A stretch of DNA of 63,783 nt. Source: Cytophagales bacterium (GTDB taxonomy: Bacteria; Bacteroidota; Bacteroidia; Cytophagales; Cyclobacteriaceae). Under the pieces are notes generated by a model. It did not search any database and had not been told where the DNA came from. It saw nothing but the letters and a program-made list of their open reading frames with translations. How positions within the stretch are numbered: the first letter of the stretch is position 1; each line of letters opens with the position of its first letter. Made by a program: the position numbers and the translations under genes. Location of the stretch: assembly GCA_038250265.1 (NCBI GenBank), contig JBBSCN010000001.1, positions 1 to 63,783 on the forward strand. Reading direction: 5' to 3'. Shown here piece by piece: positions 58,201-63,783 of this stretch.

Positions 58201-59243
58201 GCACTAGCCCCCAATCTGATTTTGTTGTGAAGATATTGCTTCAAGAAAGTTATGACTCGCTGCAAGTGTATATCAACAATCAGAAGATTGGCACTCAAAA
58301 ATTAATTGCTGGAGAGTACCTTGTGAAAATAAAGAATGCCCCCGTTGGAGATAATACAGTACGGTTGGTAGGATTCAAAGATGCTGCGCCCTTTTCTTCG
58401 CCTACTTTCACGGGTAAAAAAATGGCCCTTAAATCGCCCTACCAAAGTCAGTACGCGACTGTTTTTAAAACCGCTGACGACTTCCTGCTGGATAAATTTT
58501 TCTTGATCAATTTCGGCACCTCAAATCAAAGCCTTCAAACCGCCCACCCTTACTTGTTAAATACAGAGGCTACTGCCTTGTTACTGCAGCCAATCATCGT
58601 TTCGGCAACTAACTCTACATTTTTCTATCAAGACGTTGCATTGGTACAACCCTCTGCAAATGGAGTAACCTTTGGCCAGCCCAATTTTAGAGACTTTGTT
58701 GTGGTTGAAGGAACAAAAGACGGTTTAAATTGGATACCGTTACGAGACGGGTACAACGCATCGTTTAATGCTGGATGGCTTTCCGCTTACAACTCGAGTG
58801 TTCCAACGGGAACACCTTCCTTATCCATCGATCAAACGATTGACCTGAAAAATAAGTTTAAAGCTACAGATACTTTACTGTTCAGATTTCGCTTAAAATC
58901 AAATGCAGATGTCACAACCGGTTGGGGATGGTCAATCGATAATTTGTACATACAACAAACGCCTACGGGTATTGAACCCAAAAATGTGGTAACTGATTTC
59001 AATGTCTATCCTAACCCAACCGATGGCAAGGCTACCATCTCCTATTTCTTAACTGAACCCGTGGACGTCTCTCTTTTAGTGCATGATGAAACTGGGCGCG
59101 CAATCTCCAATGACTTCTTGGGGAAGCAACCTTCTGGAGAATATAAGAAAGAAGTAACCTTTGAATCTTCGCTGAGAGGTATTTATTTCGTTCGGTTAAA
59201 ATTCGGGAACCGAGAAAAAGTAGTGAAGCTGTTGGTCAAGTAA
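55296..59243 (+). CDS. BNR/Asp-box (VPS10-like) beta-propeller protein with T9SS type A CTD
   Basis: W.ERGP.N..GRTR, multiple S/T.D/N.G.TW Asp-boxes, GGMQDNGT, ATHGRGIW, VYPNP...GIYFV..KLLVK. Confidence 0.9.
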   Translation: MKFWKLSTICIIFCLVILIQVVNKYEVQDFKHTQNKEEYFDGPGEFIKFHRSIRTPSDADAPQYTPGFLVMESEKATLAAFSNQKNARTQNNGVIEWKERGPVNVPGRTRGLLVDPADPTKNTWLAGSAGGGIWKTTNAGTSWTLITPTLSNLATTVLAMADSNPNVIYVGTGEGFGNLDGINGNGMFKSVNRGQTWSYLPSTSNFDDINRAIVDPANENVVVVASNSGIYRTTNGGSAWTKVSSRLGIQDLDATPGNFAIQYATQNRVGVIKSTDAGLTWNLANAGLGSVLRIETAVSPVKTNRLFASCEVSPTSSKLFMSDDAGQTWSLVNVKLTTADLNFLNGQGWYDNTIACDPFNADVIYFGGVDLFQLKLESGSATTGFYSIEEAGTQSFVALTSFGSATNGNFDTGTAAGNSTVEIRFGPGKSQKAHRFLVPVNRTIGVAAADYSYQNYVTVPFEVWDVTNNRQLMASFRDQGRDGTFNLINNNTDNSMATLQSREYLYINNVTYDGSAPNASIAVNGGHEFSEMYFIWPVLAAGGTWPPTINGTIRFKFEAQQKLNATTQFITDGRGDYGNPNKNSIVHVDHHNLVMIPMGATTYKILNANDGGVFISNTSSTPGINNGDWIFAGRTYNTSQFYGADKRPGFDEYFGGMQDNGTWKSPQSVVATENTDYNFNIGGDGFEVLWNNLDDKKLIGGFQFNGFRRSIDGGISWAIATAGLSGDSPFISKLANSRENPETIFTITSAGVFRSNNFGASWILSPILTNWGGSSSFADVEVSRANANIVWGGSGMNTAGSSARNLFVSTNGGTSFNPTVNYSLTPLGGITKLASHPTQQNTAYALFSFAGKPKVLRTTDLGQTWNDISGFNAGSISSNGFPDVAVYCLYVRTDDTNIIWAGTEIGIVESLDNGLSWNLIADFPKVSVWDMKGVDDKIVIATHGRGIWTAKVNAIQTSPIQMPSIVAAGTSPQSDFVVKILLQESYDSLQVYINNQKIGTQKLIAGEYLVKIKNAPVGDNTVRLVGFKDAAPFSSPTFTGKKMALKSPYQSQYATVFKTADDFLLDKFFLINFGTSNQSLQTAHPYLLNTEATALLLQPIIVSATNSTFFYQDVALVQPSANGVTFGQPNFRDFVVVEGTKDGLNWIPLRDGYNASFNAGWLSAYNSSVPTGTPSLSIDQTIDLKNKFKATDTLLFRFRLKSNADVTTGWGWSIDNLYIQQTPTGIEPKNVVTDFNVYPNPTDGKATISYFLTEPVDVSLLVHDETGRAISNDFLGKQPSGEYKKEVTFESSLRGIYFVRLKFGNREKVVKLLVK

Positions 59244-59246
59244 ATT

Positions 59247-60491
59247 CTAAAACCTTAAAGGTTCAAAAAGCTCCAAACTTATGGAGCTTTTTTTATGCTC
59301 GAGCAATTCAGAAACTAATTTCCCAGTACCCGGCCCCAAGCTTAATCCCATCATCGAATGGCCAGAAGCTATCACAAGATTTTTTAAACTCGAACTACGG
59401 CCAATGTAAGGCAACCCATCGGGCGAGCAAGGCCGCAGACCGTGCCAAACTTCTTCTACCTTCGGCATATTTACTTTCATTTCCGGATAGTAATTTGGGA
59501 TGGATTCAACAATCCCTCTAACACGATTCATATTGACGCGATGATCTATTCCGGTTATTTCCATCGTGCCACCAAAGCGAAGCGTGTTTTCCATTGGCGT
59601 AACGGCCACCCGTGCTTCTAGAAAAATAGAGGGGATTCGAGTGTTCTTAACAACATCATTTAGCGTAAAACTGTAGCCTTTCCCCGCTTGCATCGGCAAC
59701 GAAATACCAAGCCTTTTGGTAAGCAAACCAGACCATGAACCCGTAGCAATCACAACCTCATCAAAAGTATAATCGCCCCTTTCAGTTTTTACTTGTCGAA
59801 TAAAATTATTCTCAATCGCAAAATCATGAACCGTTGTGGAGGTTTGAAATACCACTCCCGCTTCTTTCAAATACTGAATCAGCTTCGCAACAAATACTTG
59901 TGGTGTAATGTGGGCGTCACCGGGAAAGTAAATTCCCCCCCTTGCTTTGACCTTCACATTAGGCTCTAGCTTTTGAATTTCAGCTTCTGTCAAAATATGG
60001 GCTTCAATGTCGTGAGCGTTGGCCTGGGCGGCTGTCGCTATTTCTTCGTGCTCCGTCTCCTTTGTTTGATAAAGCATCAACAAGCCATTTTCTTGATAAC
60101 CAAAATCAAACGGCAGTTCAGAAGCCATTTGCTTGTACATCGCCTTGCTGAGTAAACTGATTTCCTTTAGCGCATTTGCTGATCTTTCAACATGCTCCTT
60201 TGTCGCGCTCTTATAAAAATAATAGCCCCACTTCAAAAGATCTCCGCTCAATCGCGGCTTCACATAAAATGGACTGGTTGAATTAAACATCCACTTAATG
60301 CCCTTTGAAATCATGCCCGGGGCTGCTAGCGGAATAATGTGGCTAGGAACTATCATGCCTGCATTTCCAAACGAACACCCCTCGGTTAAATCACTTTGTT
60401 CGATCACGGTTACGTGATGCCCAGCCTTGCTTAAATAATAAGCTGAACTTAAACCGATGATCCCTCCACCAATTATTCCAATACTTGCCAT
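59247..60491 (-). CDS. FAD-dependent D-amino acid dehydrogenase (likely D-hydroxyproline dehydrogenase)
   Basis: GGGIIG, S.GNAG, W.GLRP.SPDGLPYIG, GH...G..LGP.TG; operon context. Confidence 0.9.
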   Translation of the reverse strand: MASIGIIGGGIIGLSSAYYLSKAGHHVTVIEQSDLTEGCSFGNAGMIVPSHIIPLAAPGMISKGIKWMFNSTSPFYVKPRLSGDLLKWGYYFYKSATKEHVERSANALKEISLLSKAMYKQMASELPFDFGYQENGLLMLYQTKETEHEEIATAAQANAHDIEAHILTEAEIQKLEPNVKVKARGGIYFPGDAHITPQVFVAKLIQYLKEAGVVFQTSTTVHDFAIENNFIRQVKTERGDYTFDEVVIATGSWSGLLTKRLGISLPMQAGKGYSFTLNDVVKNTRIPSIFLEARVAVTPMENTLRFGGTMEITGIDHRVNMNRVRGIVESIPNYYPEMKVNMPKVEEVWHGLRPCSPDGLPYIGRSSSLKNLVIASGHSMMGLSLGPGTGKLVSELLEHKKSSISLELFEPLRF

Positions 60492-60493
60492 CT

Positions 60494-60754
60494 TTAATCG
60501 TAGTGGAATTTACAGGGTATAATTGTAATTTCTTTCTCCAAAACTTCGTAGGCAAGTCGATGCTCTTGGGTAATTCTACGTGACCATTTTCCTTTCAAGT
60601 TATATTTCAGTGCCTCTGGCTTGCCTGTCCCTTCAAACGGAGCTTCTACTATTTCTGTTATGAGCGCAACAATCTTCAGAACAATTTTGGGACTAATCTT
60701 CTTCCATTCATCCAATTGTTGTAAAGCTTGCTTGCTAAAAACAATAGGCTTCAT
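60494..60754 (-). CDS. yoeB: Txe/YoeB family toxin
   Basis: PF.GTGKPE.LK....G.WSRRI..EHRL.Y...C.FHY with the E, R, H and Y catalytic positions retained. Confidence 0.95.
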   Translation of the reverse strand: MKPIVFSKQALQQLDEWKKISPKIVLKIVALITEIVEAPFEGTGKPEALKYNLKGKWSRRITQEHRLAYEVLEKEITIIPCKFHYD

Positions 60755-60990
60755 TTCAAATACTTCTCTTGAAGTTCAGCCAACGTCATCGCAATACCCT
60801 TTCCCTCTTCCAATTCTTCTATGGATTTGTATAAATGCTTTTTATTAGCTTCCGCGGAAAGCAGGTATTCGGTTTCATCGACAGAATCACTTACTACTAT
60901 TTCTATTTCTTTATCCTTAAAAGCTTCTTTGATTGACCTAAGAATATCTTCTGATAGCTGGTTGGCATTTAATTTATAGGTGGTAGTCAT
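60751..60990 (-). CDS. Cognate antitoxin
   Basis: DETEYLLS..AN..HL..SI (YefM-like toxin-binding C-terminus); ATGA overlap with the toxin. Confidence 0.85.
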   Translation of the reverse strand: MTTTYKLNANQLSEDILRSIKEAFKDKEIEIVVSDSVDETEYLLSAEANKKHLYKSIEELEEGKGIAMTLAELQEKYLK

Positions 60991-61008
60991 AATTCAAAGT
61001 TATGAATT
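60991..61008 (-). promoter_or_regulatory. TA promoter (TAACTTTG, 60995-61002) inside palindrome AATTCA-N6-TGAATT
   Basis: The -7 element ends 5 nt before the ATG, and the inverted repeat overlaps it. Confidence 0.6.
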
Positions 61009-61080
61009 TAATTTATATCGCTTCAGTAAGTTCGGATGCATTTCCAATCCGATAGCGATCAGATGTCGCGCATACATTGA

Positions 61081-61137
61081 CTCACCCCCGACCACGCGAG
61101 GCGCGAGGTGACCCCCTCTCTACTTCGTATGAGAGCG
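61081..61137. repeat. REP-like repeat (CTCACCCC...CCCTCTC..GAGAG)
   Basis: Similar to 21415-21487. Confidence 0.45.
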
Positions 61138-61148
61138 AGTTCGTTAAG

Positions 61149-61307
61149 TCATCTAAAAAAATAGATCAATAAAAATACCATCAACAAAAGTATTGCCGTC
61201 CACTTTATCCACGGAGTCTCTTCTTTAAATTCATACCCACAGATTGGGCATTCTTTACTCGATGCATTTATGTTCATGGCGCAAGACGGACATTCTTTCT
61301 TTTTCAT
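61149..61307 (-). CDS. 52-aa zinc-ribbon membrane protein (not in the ORF track)
   Basis: MKKKECPSCAMNINASSKECPICGYEFKEETPWIKWTAILLLMVFLLIYFFR: CxxC-x10-CxxC followed by a TM helix. Confidence 0.85.
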   Translation of the reverse strand: MKKKECPSCAMNINASSKECPICGYEFKEETPWIKWTAILLLMVFLLIYFFR

Positions 61308-61330
61308 TTCTTCAAATGCAAATTTTATTT

Positions 61331-61419
61331 TGGCGTGTCCCCTGCCGAGGCGTCATGGGGCCGTGCTTTCCGCTCCAATCCACGCGAAGCGCGGGATTTC
61401 CACTTCAATCCCTCACGCA
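61331..61419. repeat. GC-rich intergenic repeat-like element
   Basis: TTTCCGCTCCAATCC / TTTCCACTTCAATCC direct repeat with nested hairpins. Confidence 0.45.
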
Positions 61420-61437
61420 ATTTTAAACATCAACTAA

Positions 61438-62436
61438 CTATATCACTTGGAATCCAAACGCATACGGATCGTCTTCAGGATCAATTGAAATAGTGTTATG
61501 TCCGTAGATTTTTGCCCAACCCTCTACACTTGGTATGATGGCGGGTTTCCCATTCAGCTCTGTAACTTCTTCAATCCTGCCAATGAATTTTGATCCGATA
61601 ATACTCTCGTGAATAAAGTCTTGTCCTTGTTTTAATTTTCCCTTTGCATACCATTGTGCTAACCGTGCAGAAGTGCCAGTGCCACAGGGTGAGCGATCAA
61701 TTGCCTTGTCACCATAGAACACTGCATTGCGTGCAGTAGACGTTGGGTCAATCACTTTGCCAGACCATAAAATATGTGAACAACTATTGATTGTTGGATT
61801 CTCTGGATGAACAAACGTATACTTGCGGTTGATATCTTTTCTCAACTCTCGGCTCCAACTTATCAATTGATCAGCCGTGTAGTGTTCAAGCCCTTTGAAG
61901 TTTTCTTGCGCATCTACAATTGCATAAAAATTTCCACCATAGGAAACATCTAATGTCAACTCACCCCGCTCAGGGCATATTGCTTTAATGTTCTCTGCCG
62001 CCAGATACGCTTTTACGTTTCTTATCTTGACTGACTTTACCTTTTTACCTTCTTGTTTATACTCTATTCGCACCAAGCCTGCTGGTACTTCTAAATTTAA
62101 AATCCCTGGAGTTTTCGGAATCACTAAACCTTCCTCAATAGCAATCGTAACGGTGCCAATCGTTCCGTGGCCACACATAGGCAGGCAACCACTGGTTTCT
62201 ATAAACAACACGCCAACATCGTTGGTAGGATCTGATGGCGGATACAAAATACTGCCACTCATCATATCATGACCGCGCGGCTCAAACATCAATCCCTTTC
62301 TGATCCAGTCATACTCGCGTAAAAAGTGCTGACGCTTCTCGCTCATGTTTTTACCTTCCAAAGGCGGGCCGCCCTCAGCTACTACCCGAACGGGGTTGCC
62401 ACAGGTGTGAGCATCTATACATTTGAAAGTATTCAT
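61438..62436 (-). CDS. 4-hydroxyproline 2-epimerase (proline racemase family)
   Basis: EPRGH, MCGHGTIG and DRSPCGTGTSA (both catalytic Cys); flanked by KGSA dehydrogenase and D-amino acid dehydrogenase. Confidence 0.93.
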   Translation of the reverse strand: MNTFKCIDAHTCGNPVRVVAEGGPPLEGKNMSEKRQHFLREYDWIRKGLMFEPRGHDMMSGSILYPPSDPTNDVGVLFIETSGCLPMCGHGTIGTVTIAIEEGLVIPKTPGILNLEVPAGLVRIEYKQEGKKVKSVKIRNVKAYLAAENIKAICPERGELTLDVSYGGNFYAIVDAQENFKGLEHYTADQLISWSRELRKDINRKYTFVHPENPTINSCSHILWSGKVIDPTSTARNAVFYGDKAIDRSPCGTGTSARLAQWYAKGKLKQGQDFIHESIIGSKFIGRIEEVTELNGKPAIIPSVEGWAKIYGHNTISIDPEDDPYAFGFQVI

Positions 62437-62442
62437 AGTATG

Positions 62443-62506
62443 GTTGTTCGTTGTTAGCTGTTAGTCAATTGTGCTTACGAACAACGATTGACTAACAACG
62501 AACAAC
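62443..62506. repeat. Inverted heptamer repeat (TTGTTCG/TTGTTAG units)
   Basis: GTTGTTCGTTGTTAG at 62443 is the perfect reverse complement of CTAACAACGAACAAC ending at 62506. Confidence 0.75.
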
Positions 62507-63783
62507 TATTTTTTCCATTCATTATTATACAGTCTCCAAATCCCCAACGGGTTTCCGTCTTTCAATTCTTCGGGAAGAAGTGAAGCCGGAAAATTTTGAA
62601 ATGATACGGGGCGAACGAATCTTTTAATTGCATCGGTGCCTACCGAAGTAAATCGTGAATCAGTAGTGGAAGGAAATGGTCCGCCATGTTGCATAGATGG
62701 ACAAACCTCTACACCTGTTGGCACTCCATTAACAATCAACCGACCTGCTTTTTCGATAAGTATATTTAGTAAGCTGGCGTAAGAAGCGATTTCAGCTTCG
62801 CTGCCAAAAATACTGGAAGTGAGTTGACCCTGAAGGTGATTTACTACCGAATGCAGTTCAGTCAAATCTTTACATTTTACGATCAACGAAAACGGCCCAA
62901 ATACTTCTTCTGATAAACTCGGATTCTTTAAAAACTCAAAAGCAGTAACAGATGCAACCGTTGGGATGCCTTGGTTATTTTCTGCTGTTGCTGATGACTT
63001 GCCCTCAACAGTGATTCCTTTTTGTGCTAGGGCCTGTATTAACTTCTTTGCATAATTATCGCTGATACCTTGGTGAAGCATGGTACCCGCAGATGAGGTG
63101 GCTATTCGTTTGGAAAGTGAGTCAATAAACAATTTCAATGCTTGATCTTCGATCGCAATAATCAAACCGGGGTTAGTGCAAAATTGCCCGACCCCTAATG
63201 TGACAGAGGCCGCTAACATCTCGGCTGTCTTTTCTACTTGTGTCGCCAGCGTATTTGGTAAAAGTATCACTGGATTGATGCTGCTCATCTCAGCAAAAAC
63301 CGGAATAGGTTCGGGGCGCTGTTGCGCGATGTCGTGTAAAGCTTTGCCACCTACGAGTGAGCCCGTAAAGCCAACGCCTTTTGTGAAAGGATGTTTTACC
63401 AACGCCTGCCCTACCTCAAAACCACTGGCGTGCAAATGTTGAAACACACCTTTTGGCATTCCCGTTTTTTTGATGGCGCGTTTTATTGCGCCTGCTACTA
63501 GCTCGGAAGTTTGAGCATGTGCGGGGTGCGCCTTTACAATCACGGGACAACCTGCGGCCAATGCTGAAATGGTATCTCCACCAGCCGTTGAGTAAGCCAA
63601 TGGGAAATTGGCCGCGCCAAAAACAACAATCGGGCCAATGGGCACTGACATCTTTCTACTATCTGGTTTGGGTGCAGGTGTACGATTGGGCAATGCAGTA
63701 TCAATGCGTGCATCCACCCAAGATCCTTCTTCGACTAAATCGGCAAACATTCGGCAATGGCCAGTTGTTCTTCCGCGCTCACC
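62506..63783 (-). CDS. Alpha-ketoglutarate semialdehyde dehydrogenase (NADP+ ALDH), 5' end outside the window
   Basis: Frame is open to the window end (GERGRT); FGA.NFPLAYSTAGGD, GQFCTNPG, EEVFGP, HGGPFP.TTD.R.TSVG. Confidence 0.93.
   Translation of the reverse strand, partial: GERGRTTGHCRMFADLVEEGSWVDARIDTALPNRTPAPKPDSRKMSVPIGPIVVFGAANFPLAYSTAGGDTISALAAGCPVIVKAHPAHAQTSELVAGAIKRAIKKTGMPKGVFQHLHASGFEVGQALVKHPFTKGVGFTGSLVGGKALHDIAQQRPEPIPVFAEMSSINPVILLPNTLATQVEKTAEMLAASVTLGVGQFCTNPGLIIAIEDQALKLFIDSLSKRIATSSAGTMLHQGISDNYAKKLIQALAQKGITVEGKSSATAENNQGIPTVASVTAFEFLKNPSLSEEVFGPFSLIVKCKDLTELHSVVNHLQGQLTSSIFGSEAEIASYASLLNILIEKAGRLIVNGVPTGVEVCPSMQHGGPFPSTTDSRFTSVGTDAIKRFVRPVSFQNFPASLLPEELKDGNPLGIWRLYNNEWKK

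Noticed and set aside
203-63442. Many 60-155 aa ORFs antisense to or nested in long genes (e.g. 2911-3375, 34185-34553, 40600-41055, 52314-52784, 56421-56876)
   Set aside because: Shadow frames of well-supported genes, with no motifs or start context

Overview
Chromosomal window from a Bacteroidota genome, most likely Cytophagales. The evidence is T9SS type A and B C-terminal domains, a SusC/SusD pair, TAnnTTTG housekeeping promoters and A-rich translation starts. Left to right it holds: the left end of a probable IS4-family element; housekeeping and lipid genes (DCC1-like, T9SS-B protein, G3P acyltransferase, gpsA, HIT, greA); and an atypical SusC/D locus. That locus has a vanadium haloperoxidase-like lipoprotein, two VCBS/ASPIC-UnbV lipoproteins, a PKD lipoprotein and an apparently dead phosphotransferase, next to a divergent lipoprotein plus a GH-A/CBM96/T9SS gene. 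Next is a ~15 kb signalling and general-stress cluster: CHASE3 kinase, frameshifted Rcp1-like receiver, hybrid kinase, sigma54 activator, and PA2169 x2, YihY, PqiA, AI-2E, YtxH, holin-like and lmo0937-like genes. After that come tRNA-Gly, tRNA-Cys, rpsA, ABC/TolC and other envelope genes, a BNR-propeller T9SS protein, and a hydroxyproline catabolism operon interrupted by a zinc-ribbon sORF and a YoeB-type TA pair. The two best leads are (i) a self-contained candidate sigma54 stress regulon whose -24/-12 promoters and shared enhancer palindromes can be read directly in the DNA, and (ii) the SusCD-VCBS-haloperoxidase-pseudokinase locus. No CRISPR array, prophage or integrase was seen. All family assignments are by motif recognition only; no searches were run.
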